Below the pieces are notes generated by a model. It was given only the letters and a program-made list of their open reading frames with translations. It made no database searches and was not told the origin of the DNA. The position numbers and the translations under genes were made by a program. This document shows, piece after piece, positions 28,702 through 37,398 of a stretch of 64,000 bases of DNA (positions are counted from its first letter, which is position 1; each line of letters starts with the position of its first letter). The stretch is from contig OZ245742.1 of assembly GCA_965227295.1 (NCBI GenBank), positions 2,624,001 through 2,688,000 of the forward strand. The letters run 5' to 3'. The stretch comes from Leptonemataceae bacterium (lineage in GTDB: Bacteria; Spirochaetota; Leptospiria; Leptospirales; Leptonemataceae).

Positions 28702-29574
28702 CTACGAGTGGACCCGCATCGTCTCTGCCAGCGCACCGATCTCCGCGCCCGGCTCATACTCGAACGACACGCCCAGCATCCCACCCGCAGCAACTTCCAC
28801 CGGTTCGGCTAACGGCAGCACCAGGTTTTGATTCATCCAGTCGATGGTGCTGCGGTCCTCGGGCTGAATCGCGAGGATGTTGTTCGTCACGAAACGCAGC
28901 GCGTTGCAGGTGCCGTCCGCGTTCGTAGCTAATTCTCCGGAGAAGTTAAGCGATCGCGGCAGTTCCGCGGAGTAGTCGACGATGGCGTACGGAGTCACCT
29001 CGCCGAGAGCCGTGATACGCTCCATGGGATTGCCGGGGTTTTCGAAGAGCGGGAGCGCGGCCTGATAACCGTGAAAGTCGAAGTCCATATGCACGGGCTG
29101 TACGCCGAGCAGCGTGGCTTCGGGAACGAAGGCGGGCAAACTTTCGAAGCGACCCAGGTAACGGTCCTTAAACGAGGCGATGATCTGTGTTTGTTGTTCG
29201 CGCAGAAGGGCGCTGTGTAACATCTCGCAGACAACGACGTCCACCGGTTCCGGCGGCAGGTAGTTATCGGCGTGAGCCTGGATCACTTCGACGCGATCCG
29301 CGACGCCGTTCTGCGCCAGAGACTCGCGCGCGCGATTTGCCAGGTCGGGCAGGTACTCCACACAGTAGACCTGCGCCGCGCGCCGCGCCGCAAAGTACGA
29401 GAGCACGCCGGTGCCGCCGCCCAGGTCCAGCACGCGTCCGCCCTCGGGGACGACCTCGGCCAGGGCGCGTTCGAAGCCGATCATGCGCGCTTCGTCGAGA
29501 AGCATCTGGTAGTGATAGTGGGCCGGAATGAAGGCGCCGACGTAGCGGGAGTCCGCCGGGGTTTGAGATGACAT
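28702..29574 (-). CDS. SAM-dependent methyltransferase, PRMT-like (COG4076-like)
   Basis: HYQMLLDEARM, VLDLGGGTGVLS, VYCVE, VDVVVCEMLHSALLRE. Confidence 0.8.
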   Translation of the reverse strand: MSSQTPADSRYVGAFIPAHYHYQMLLDEARMIGFERALAEVVPEGGRVLDLGGGTGVLSYFAARRAAQVYCVEYLPDLANRARESLAQNGVADRVEVIQAHADNYLPPEPVDVVVCEMLHSALLREQQTQIIASFKDRYLGRFESLPAFVPEATLLGVQPVHMDFDFHGYQAALPLFENPGNPMERITALGEVTPYAIVDYSAELPRSLNFSGELATNADGTCNALRFVTNNILAIQPEDRSTIDWMNQNLVLPLAEPVEVAAGGMLGVSFEYEPGAEIGALAETMRVHS

Positions 29575-29732
29575 GCGCACATCCCATGCGTCCGGCGGAG
29601 AAGTACAAGAAGTTTTTTCGAGTCGTCGTGTCTTCCAATCCCGGGAACAGCCTCGCCGGGGCTTTTTGCTGTTGACCCGCCGTCGCGCGTGATGCACGTT
29701 TTGGCCGTGCGCCCGGCCGCGCGCTTGATCCG

Positions 29733-30428
29733 ATGCGCATCTTAATTGTAGACGACGAACCCTTAGCCGCCCGGGGCATCGAGCGTTTTTGTCGTGAAGT
29801 CATCGGCGACGACGTGGAATCGCTCAAGACCTACCATAATCTCACGGCCGCGCGTTGCCACATCGAAGAGGAACCGGTGGATCTCGTGTTTCTCGACATC
29901 GATCTTAACGGCGAGAACGGCTTTGAGTTACTGGAAGCGTTGCCGCTCCGCTCGTTTTATACGATCATCACGTCGTCGCATACGGAGTACGCCATCCGTG
30001 CCTTCGAACACAGCGTGCTCGACTTTTTACCAAAGCCGTTTCCGAAAGAACGTTTCGCCGCGGCCATCGATCGCATGCGGGGCGCCCTGGCCTCGCGCGG
30101 TCTCGTGCGCGAAGCGGTCCCGGTGAAAACGGACGAAGCCATCGAGCTCGTGGCCTTCGACGACATCGAACACCTGGTTTCGGACAGGAACTATTCGATC
30201 TTACATTTACTCGACGGCCGGTCCGAGCGCGTGCGCAAAACCCTCGACGCGTTTTCGGAAGAACTGCCGCCGGACTTTGTGCGCGTGCATCGTTCCTGCA
30301 TCGCGCGGATGTCGGCGATGGTGCGCATCCTGCACGGGAAAAACAATACGTTCAAGTTGCTTATGAAAAGCGGCGCGGAGTTGCCCGTGAGTCGGAGCGC
30401 ATATGCGAAGTTGAAGGATGAGTTGTAG
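29733..30428 (+). CDS. LytTR-family response regulator
   Basis: VDDE, FLDI, KP receiver motifs; FVRVHRS..LPVSR. Confidence 0.93.
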   Translation: MRILIVDDEPLAARGIERFCREVIGDDVESLKTYHNLTAARCHIEEEPVDLVFLDIDLNGENGFELLEALPLRSFYTIITSSHTEYAIRAFEHSVLDFLPKPFPKERFAAAIDRMRGALASRGLVREAVPVKTDEAIELVAFDDIEHLVSDRNYSILHLLDGRSERVRKTLDAFSEELPPDFVRVHRSCIARMSAMVRILHGKNNTFKLLMKSGAELPVSRSAYAKLKDEL

Positions 30429-30501
30429 GATCTTTTGGCCGCAGAGGGGCAGAGGGCACAGAGAGAATTTAATGGTTTAAGTGTATGTTGGCGGAAGTTT
30501 G

Positions 30502-30620
30502 TTGGGGCGTGCCCCCGGCTTCGCCGGGGTCGGGCTTTCCAGGGCTCCGCGCTGCGCGCTTCGGTCTCGCGCAGGCGCGAGACTGGCCTTCGGCCACCCT
30601 TCCAATCCCTCACGCGAAGA
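30502..30620 (+). repeat. Structured intergenic repeat, copy 5
   Basis: TTGGGGCGTG...TCCCTCACGCGAAGA. Confidence 0.8.
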
Positions 30621-30699
30621 ACCGTAGTTCGGGAATGTGCTCTGGTGACGCAGCCGGGCAGCGATAACTAAGTAACACTCATGTAACTCTAACCCCGCC

Positions 30700-30820
30700 T
30701 CTTCGCGTTAGGTGCCTGGAGGGGGCCGCGCAGCGGCAGTCTTTGCGCAGCAAAGACCGAGCGCGCAGGCGCGAGCCCGGAAGGGACCGGCGCCCCGGCC
30801 GCCGGGGCGCAACGCCCAAA
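30700..30820 (-). repeat. Structured intergenic repeat, copy 6 (inverted partner of copy 5)
   Basis: TCTTCGCGTTAGG...AACGCCCAAA; closest in sequence to copy 1. Confidence 0.8.
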
Positions 30821-30894
30821 GCATGCCGCCGCAATCACAACTTACTTAAGAAACTTGACGATCCGCATCTCCCGCAACAGCATGTCCGCTTAAC

Positions 30895-31611
30895 ATGGAA
30901 AGCTTCATCACTTCGCAGTTACTCCAAAACGCGGCCATCGGTTGTTTCCTGGTCGGCATCCTGGTCGCATTGATCGGTGCGTTAACGCTCGTCGTCACGG
31001 CCGGAAAAACCGAAGGCGCCGGCATGGCCGTCCTGGTGTTCTTTCTCGGCATCATCGGCGTGCCCGTCCTGCTCTACCGGCAATGGCAGGCGGCGCGCAA
31101 TCCGTTTTTCGTATGGGTGGGCGGCATTGCGTTGCTGATTCTGGGCGGCATTTTGATGTCCCAGGTGGATAACGTGCGTGTCCAGGAGCTTTATGCGCAG
31201 TACGAACAAGAGCCGAACAATCCGCGTGTGGCGGCCGATTTGGGAAGGGCCCTGGTTTTGCAGCGCCGCTACGAAGAAGCGTTGCCTGCGATTCTCGCGG
31301 CGGTGGAGCACCGTCGCAAATTGCCTGAGGTCTGCGACGGCAAACCCCTTTGCGAAAACCTGAGCGTTACGCGAAAGCTTCCGGAAGTCTACAATGAACT
31401 GGGCCGTCCTCAAGAAGCGCTGGATGCCTGGAATCGTTACGTGCGGCCGGAGCGGTACCAATCAGTCTTCGATACCGAAGAATACGCGATTGCGCTCTAC
31501 GGCGTCGGTCGGAAGAAAGAAGCTCGCCGTATTTTCCAGGAATTTTGCGACAGCGGCCCCGACTACATGTGTTCGAAACACAAAGATAAGCTGCAAGATT
31601 CGCCGCAGTAG
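30895..31611 (+). CDS. Membrane protein with TPR-like C-terminus
   Basis: 3 TMs; LGRALVLQRRYEEAL, VYNELGRPQEAL, ALYGVGRKKEA. Confidence 0.75.
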   Translation: MESFITSQLLQNAAIGCFLVGILVALIGALTLVVTAGKTEGAGMAVLVFFLGIIGVPVLLYRQWQAARNPFFVWVGGIALLILGGILMSQVDNVRVQELYAQYEQEPNNPRVAADLGRALVLQRRYEEALPAILAAVEHRRKLPEVCDGKPLCENLSVTRKLPEVYNELGRPQEALDAWNRYVRPERYQSVFDTEEYAIALYGVGRKKEARRIFQEFCDSGPDYMCSKHKDKLQDSPQ

Positions 31612-31625
31612 AAGTTACAGAAGGC

Positions 31626-32183
31626 TCACTTCGCAAGAATCTCCGCCGTCACCACCCGAAACCCCGGCAACAATCGACTCTGCAGCACATCGCCACTGTT
31701 CACGGCCCAGGCATCGCCGACATTGTAGCGGGCTTCCATGACCCGGTGCGTGCCGTCGACGATCCAGTACTCGCGCACACCGTTGCGCAGGTAGCGCCCG
31801 GCTTTTTCCACCAGGTCGCGACCGCGCGTTGCCGGCGATAACACTTCGCACACGAGATCGGGTACGCCGAAGATCCAGTCGCCCACGATGGCCGTGTTTT
31901 CGTTTGCAACAAACGAAACGTCCGGTCGCAACACATCATTGCCGTCGGGTAGCTTCACGTCCAGGTCCGTAAAGGCCTCGCCCGCTCGATGCGCACGCAG
32001 GGACGACTCCAGCGCGAAGAAGAAACGATTCTGCAATCGGTTGTGATTCGCTGTGGGACTGGAAGACAACTGCAAGACCCCGTGGATCATGTCGTACCGA
32101 AACCCGTCGTCTTCGAGGGCAAAGTACGCGTCCGGGCTGACTCGCAGGCCAACGTAACGCGGGGCTTGTGTCAGGGTTTGCAT
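31626..32183 (-). CDS. Uma2 family endonuclease, copy 4
   Basis: YVGLRVSPDAYFALEDDGFRYDMIHGVL, LRPDVSF, PDLVCEVLSP, GVREYWIVD; close paralog of copies 1 and 2. Confidence 0.9.
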   Translation of the reverse strand: MQTLTQAPRYVGLRVSPDAYFALEDDGFRYDMIHGVLQLSSSPTANHNRLQNRFFFALESSLRAHRAGEAFTDLDVKLPDGNDVLRPDVSFVANENTAIVGDWIFGVPDLVCEVLSPATRGRDLVEKAGRYLRNGVREYWIVDGTHRVMEARYNVGDAWAVNSGDVLQSRLLPGFRVVTAEILAK

Positions 32184-32189
32184 CCCTGA

Positions 32190-32217
32190 ATCTTAGCCGT
32201 CACCGCGCTAATGTCAA
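32190..32217 (-). promoter_or_regulatory. Sigma70-type promoter giving a leaderless transcript
   Basis: TTGACA-N16-TAAGAT-N6-ATG with no Shine-Dalgarno. Confidence 0.6.
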
Positions 32218-32371
32218 TTCCATTCCGCCGGCCGCGGCGTTTCCCGGTCATCCATTGTCGCACGGGGGTGTGACATTTTTCGGTGATGTCCGCGAAAAAA
32301 ACAGGTGCCGTTGCATCTTGCGGGAATTCTTTATCGGAGAGGCCGGCAGAACGCGGCGCTTGATCAGAACC

Positions 32372-32890
32372 ATGCAACCACCGATTTTTTACAGGCCCGC
32401 GTTCGTCGCCGATCCCGGCGCGCTTTTCGATGAACTGCTGCGCACGGTTCCCTGGGACGATCGCATGAAATCCCGCCGCACCGCGAGTTACGGCGAACCG
32501 TACAACTACAATCACATTCGCTATGACGTGATGCCCATGCATCCGGCGCTCGTCGCCGTTGCGCGGGACATTGCCGATGAACTGCGCTTCGAACCGAACG
32601 GTTGTCTGTTGAATTACTATCGCGACGGCACGAACGGCATCAGCTATCATGCGGACACGGCGACACCGCTCGTCCCGGGCACCGGCGTGGCCATCGTATC
32701 CCTCGGCGCCGCGCGTACGATGCGCTATCGCCGCAAGGACGATCACACGATCAAGGCGGACTATGTCCTCGCAGCGGGTTCGCTTTTGTACATGGACGAC
32801 GCGGTGCAGCATGATTGGGAACATTCGATCCCGCAACAGGCGAGCGCGGGGGAGCGGATCAGTCTGTCGTTTCGTCAGATCGTGTCATGA
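32372..32890 (+). CDS. AlkB-like 2OG-Fe(II) dioxygenase
   Basis: LLNYYRDG..ISYHAD, VSLGAAR, GSLLYM, WEHSIP, RISLSFR. Confidence 0.88.
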   Translation: MQPPIFYRPAFVADPGALFDELLRTVPWDDRMKSRRTASYGEPYNYNHIRYDVMPMHPALVAVARDIADELRFEPNGCLLNYYRDGTNGISYHADTATPLVPGTGVAIVSLGAARTMRYRRKDDHTIKADYVLAAGSLLYMDDAVQHDWEHSIPQQASAGERISLSFRQIVS

Positions 32891-33035
32891 CCCGGCACGC
32901 TTGCGCTGAATTTCGCGCAGGATTGCCACATCCCACTGATCGATCTCCCGGGACGTCGACTTGCTGCGGACTCGACGCCGTGTTTGTTCAACACAGCGGC
33001 CACATCCGGGAGCGTGCGTTCTTCCTGACTCACAA
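32890..33035 (-). pseudogene. Possible truncated nucleotidyltransferase-type toxin remnant
   Basis: Short VSQEERTLPDVAAVLNKHGVE segment overlapping the upstream small gene's stop, then loss of coding character. Confidence 0.3.
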
Positions 33036-33218
33036 TTGCCTGGCCGCTCTCGTCCGTACAAATTCGTCGTGCTCTTCCCACGTGCGGAACTTGTAAGCGC
33101 CGCGCGGTTTTTTGTAAGGCCGGAGTCGTTCCATCTCGGCCAGGAGTCGTTGATAGCGCCGATAGTTCTCGACCGCGTCGTTCGGATCGGGGGCGTGGGG
33201 ACCTGTGAGAATCTTCAC
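33030..33218 (-). CDS. Small hypothetical protein (antitoxin-like)
   Basis: About 62 aa ending PRGAYKFRTWEE; GTG start inferred. Confidence 0.5.
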   Translation of the reverse strand: MKILTGPHAPDPNDAVENYRRYQRLLAEMERLRPYKKPRGAYKFRTWEEHDEFVRTRAARQL

Positions 33219-33322
33219 GATGCAAAGCGATGGCTGATATTCCGTAAATGTCAAGCGATACCTGCTGTTCGCTTTCGTTTTCGCTTCGCCGCATCGAGCC
33301 CTGTCGTTTCGTAAGATCATAC

Positions 33323-33349
33323 AAAAAACCCCCGCGGAAACCGCGGGGG
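33323..33349 (-). terminator. Intrinsic terminator
   Basis: Minus strand CCCCCGCGG-TTT-CCGCGGGGG-TTTTTT downstream of the lipoprotein gene. Confidence 0.85.
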
Positions 33350-33424
33350 AGCCGCCGCACTGCGACGGCAAAGAGTGATCATACGATTAAAAACTGCTGA
33401 TCGTAAGTTAGCGTAAAGTGCCGC

Positions 33425-34294
33425 TCAGCCGAAGCAGCCCCGGACCACGCCCAGGCTCCAGTCGTCGGCGGCTTCGTTGAACTCGTCGCCGCAGTTGCTG
33501 TCGGAGGATCCGCCGGAGCTGTTGTTCTTGTGCGAGCACTGGTCGTGATCCATGCAGTCCTTCGTCCAGGAGCTGGGGATCCACCAACGACCGCAGTCGG
33601 GACCGCAGCGTCCCATGCAACCGTAACCGGAGCGCGGCTTCGAGCCGACCCGTACGTTCTCGTAGTGGTTGCCGCGGGAGTCGTCGTAGACCGCCTGGAC
33701 GGTGTTGCCTTTTTTTATGCACCGGATGCCCTCGTTGCTCGAAGCGCCGCGGGCGGCGACCTCCGCGTCGGCGGTGACGACGCGTGAATCAAAGGCGTAA
33801 CCTTCCGGCGCCGTGGACCAGTAGCCGATCAACGAAGCAAAGCCGAGCTCCAGGGCGCCCGGATCGGTCTGGAACGTTTCTTCGAGGTAACTCATCATCG
33901 ACTCGACCGCCGCGGCCAGGCCGGCCTTTTCTTCGGCGGAGAGCACCGCGCCGGCGCCGTCCATCGTCAGCGTTTGCCCGGCGTGATCGATGGTTCCCGT
34001 TAAGGTTTTTCCATTCACAGTTACGGCCACGCTGATGACGCCGCCGTCGTTTTCGGATGCCGCGAAGCTCACCGCGCCGGCCTCGCTGCCGTAGACGCCG
34101 CGCAACGATGCGCCGCTGGTATACTCGTCGATGCTGAGCGCACCGTTCGTTATATTCTGCTGGGGATACGCCGCCGCGAGGGCCGGGACCGTCGCGAGGG
34201 CGGCGTTGGGATCGGACGCGCCCTGCGTACCGCAGGCGACGAATCCGAGGACGGCCAGAGCCGCCGTAATGTGCATGAGAATCTTCCTGTTCAT
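33425..34294 (-). CDS. Lipoprotein with Cys-rich C-terminal domain (CxxHDxC)
   Basis: AGGAG SD; LGFVAC lipobox; CMGRCGPDC..DCMDHDQC..CGDEF..C. Confidence 0.8.
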   Translation of the reverse strand: MNRKILMHITAALAVLGFVACGTQGASDPNAALATVPALAAAYPQQNITNGALSIDEYTSGASLRGVYGSEAGAVSFAASENDGGVISVAVTVNGKTLTGTIDHAGQTLTMDGAGAVLSAEEKAGLAAAVESMMSYLEETFQTDPGALELGFASLIGYWSTAPEGYAFDSRVVTADAEVAARGASSNEGIRCIKKGNTVQAVYDDSRGNHYENVRVGSKPRSGYGCMGRCGPDCGRWWIPSSWTKDCMDHDQCSHKNNSSGGSSDSNCGDEFNEAADDWSLGVVRGCFG

Positions 34295-34398
34295 TTCTGA
34301 ACTCCTGAACAATATGTTGTCGTTTTGTTTGATGCATTGTTTATACGCCGAATGTCCGGGTCTCGCAAGCGGCGCGGGACAAACGGTTCTGGCCAGGG

Positions 34399-36186
34399 AT
34401 GAACGGAAGATTTTTTACGATCGTTTGCAGCATGATGTTCTGCCTCGCCGTCGCGTGCTCCGGCGTTCCGCATCACGCGGACTCCGGTGTGGTGCGTGTC
34501 GATCGGGTCGACGTCCTCGTCCCCGTCGCCGGACAGAGCCGCTGGCAAAACGTCGCGCTGCCCGAAAACTTCACGAAGTATCTGGACCTGCCGCCGCGTT
34601 ACAGTGGTTCCATCACTTTGCGTTTCGCGTTGCCCGCGCAGTTGATCGCCGAAGCGCGTTCCGGTCGGCCCCTGGCCCTCGATGCCGGGCTGGTCTCGGA
34701 CGTTTCACGCTTCTTCGTCGTCGTCGACGGGGACTGGCGTTTCTTCGGCGGCCTGGGTTCCATGCAACCCTACGAACCAGGGGCCATGCGGCCGTTTCTG
34801 CGGACGATCCCGTCAGCGCATCTTACTATAGAAGAAACCGGTCGCGTTGATGCCGGCGAAGTGTATCTCGTGGTCCATCTGGCGACGCGGGAGGGCCGCT
34901 ATCCGCTCCAGGTAATGGAGCCGTTCCGCGTGGGGCCGGTGGATGCGGTCTACCGCGACTTCTTCGTGCGTGAGACGATCGCCCTGGGTTTCATTATTCT
35001 CTATGTGCTGGCGGGGGCGTATCATCTCTTTCTCGGCCTCAAGCGCCCGCAGGAAAACTACAACCTCTACTTCGCGTTGTTCGCGTTGATCATTTCGTGC
35101 TACTGGTTCGTCGCCAATACCGCGACGCGGGACCTGGTCTTCGGCGACGCCGTGCTCCTGAATCGTAAGACCGAGTACGTGCTTTTGTTTTTCATTGTGC
35201 CGCCCTTTCTTTCGTTCTTCTCGCGCTACTTCTATCGCCCGTACTTCGCCTATCTCGGCCGCGCCGCGTTCGTGTTCTCGGCGCTGCTGGCCGTGCTCAC
35301 CGTTGCCGGCTCGGTGCACGTCATGCGCTGGTGCGGTTTCGTCTGGCACGTGGCCTTCCTGATTCTCGTGCCGTACTTTTTGTATCACGTCGTCCGCCAG
35401 GCGATCTGGCGCAACCGGGACGCCTACGTCTTAATATTCGGCATTCTGCTCTTAACGGCGGGCGGCGTGAACGACGTATTGACTTCGCTCAGTATTTTGC
35501 ATACGCCCCGGGTGGCGAGCTACGCGATGTTCGTGTTTACCGCGGGACTGGTGGTGCTCATGGCGAACCGTTTTGCCGGGGCGGCGAATCGCGTGGAACG
35601 ACTGCTCGCTCATACTTCGCGCCTGAACCTGGAGCTCATCAAGAAAAACATTCACCCGCACTTTCTCATGAACTCGGTAAACGCGGCCCAGTTGTTGGTC
35701 TACGAGGACCCCGATCGCGCCGTCTCCATGCTCCAGGCCCTGGCGGACGAACTGCGGGAAACCTTAAAACACGCCGACCGTACGTTAGCGTCTCTGTCCG
35801 GGGAGATCGAACTCTGCCGCAATCATTTGCGGATCATGTCGCTGCGGAAAGACCGCCGCTTCGACTTCGAGGTGCGCGGCGACCCGGCCGGCCTGTTTAT
35901 TCCGCCGCTGATTCTTTTGACGCTCGTGGAGAACGGCCTGACCCACGGTTTTCGAGAGCGCGGGGAGGGCCGCTTCGTGCTTGCGGTCGGGCGGGATTAC
36001 CGGCGCGGCCTGGTCCTTGAGTTATGGAACGACGGCGATCCGGAAGCCAGGAGCGACTCGGGAACCGGCACGGGATTAAAGTACGTTGAGTCGCGGTTAG
36101 GAGAAAGCTACGGAGGCGAGTGGAAATTCGAACACGGTCCGGCGGACGGCGGCTATCGGGCGCGGTTGGTGTTGCCGTGGAGTTAG
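34399..36186 (+). CDS. LytS-type membrane sensor histidine kinase
   Basis: Extracellular domain, about 7 TMs, IHPHFLMNSVN, LVENGLTHG, GTGTGL. Confidence 0.88.
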   Translation: MNGRFFTIVCSMMFCLAVACSGVPHHADSGVVRVDRVDVLVPVAGQSRWQNVALPENFTKYLDLPPRYSGSITLRFALPAQLIAEARSGRPLALDAGLVSDVSRFFVVVDGDWRFFGGLGSMQPYEPGAMRPFLRTIPSAHLTIEETGRVDAGEVYLVVHLATREGRYPLQVMEPFRVGPVDAVYRDFFVRETIALGFIILYVLAGAYHLFLGLKRPQENYNLYFALFALIISCYWFVANTATRDLVFGDAVLLNRKTEYVLLFFIVPPFLSFFSRYFYRPYFAYLGRAAFVFSALLAVLTVAGSVHVMRWCGFVWHVAFLILVPYFLYHVVRQAIWRNRDAYVLIFGILLLTAGGVNDVLTSLSILHTPRVASYAMFVFTAGLVVLMANRFAGAANRVERLLAHTSRLNLELIKKNIHPHFLMNSVNAAQLLVYEDPDRAVSMLQALADELRETLKHADRTLASLSGEIELCRNHLRIMSLRKDRRFDFEVRGDPAGLFIPPLILLTLVENGLTHGFRERGEGRFVLAVGRDYRRGLVLELWNDGDPEARSDSGTGTGLKYVESRLGESYGGEWKFEHGPADGGYRARLVLPWS

Positions 36187-36378
36187 GGGATCTCCTCCCA
36201 ATCGTTCCTCGCCCCCTCGGTCCTCGGAGTCCGTTTTCTTCATCGGTTCACGGCTTTGACATAATACTGCACCGCAAAAAACCATCGCAAAACCACCCGC
36301 AGGCTCGTGCGGAAAAAGCTTGCGGCGACATCAAGCAACGCTTATGCTGCTGTATTCTCGCAAATCTTTTTCTAACAT

Positions 36379-37389
36379 ATGCGTAAAGACAGTCTTACCC
36401 GGCTTCACGAAACGAAATTCGAATTCCGCAACAAAGAGCTGTTCCGCAAACTCTGCGGTGTGGCCGATTCGGGCATCAACGCCCTGGAAGATCTCCTGGA
36501 CGTTCGGCTGGTTCCGCGCGGTCACGCCTTTCTGGTGCGCGCGGAGTCCGAGGAAACGTTGTCCTTCGCTTCGGCGTACTTCGAAACCCTCGAAAAACAA
36601 TACGGCGGCCCCGGCGGCCTGCCCGAGGACTTCGACACGCGCTATCTTTATCGCCGGCTCAAGCAACGCGACGAAGACAGCCGCAAGCCGGAAGTCGTCG
36701 AAGACGAGCCGCCGCCCGTCGTCCTGAAAAAAGAAACCGTTTTCAAAACGCATCAGGGCAAGCCCATCCAGGCGCGCACCGAACGACAAATCCAGTACGT
36801 GCAGTCGCTCTTCGACAACGACGTGACTATTTGCCTCGGCCCGGCGGGTACCGGAAAAACCTTTCTGTCCGTGGTCGCGGCCTGCCGCATGTTCGTCGCC
36901 GGGGATCGCGACCGTCTCGTGCTCACGCGCCCGGCGGTGGAGGCCGGTGAATCCTTAGGTTATCTTCCTGGGGACTTAACGCAAAAGGTGGATCCGTACC
37001 TGCGCCCGCTCTACGATTCTCTCTACGAATGCCTGGGCGCCGAGCGCGTTCATGACTTAATTCAAACCCGTAAGATCGAAATCGCGCCGCTGGCGTTCAT
37101 GCGCGGTCGCACGCTGAACGATTCCGTCATCATCCTGGACGAAGCGCAGAACTGCACGCTATCGCAATTAAAGATGTTCCTCACGCGTCTGGGGCGGAAC
37201 TCCACCATGTGTCTGTCCGGCGACGCCACGCAGATCGATTTGCCCCACGGACGTTCGGGCCTCTTCGATACGGTGCGCGCCCTGGAAAGCATTCCCGGTG
37301 TCGGCGTCATTCGGTTCACCGGGGAAGACATCATCCGTCATCCGTTGGTGGAACGCATCGTCGAAGCCTTCGATGCGATGAACGATTAA
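36379..37389 (+). CDS. phoH: PhoH-family ATPase
   Basis: [42 protein letters not shown]. Confidence 0.95.
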   Translation: MRKDSLTRLHETKFEFRNKELFRKLCGVADSGINALEDLLDVRLVPRGHAFLVRAESEETLSFASAYFETLEKQYGGPGGLPEDFDTRYLYRRLKQRDEDSRKPEVVEDEPPPVVLKKETVFKTHQGKPIQARTERQIQYVQSLFDNDVTICLGPAGTGKTFLSVVAACRMFVAGDRDRLVLTRPAVEAGESLGYLPGDLTQKVDPYLRPLYDSLYECLGAERVHDLIQTRKIEIAPLAFMRGRTLNDSVIILDEAQNCTLSQLKMFLTRLGRNSTMCLSGDATQIDLPHGRSGLFDTVRALESIPGVGVIRFTGEDIIRHPLVERIVEAFDAMND

Positions 37390-37398
37390 AAAACGCAC

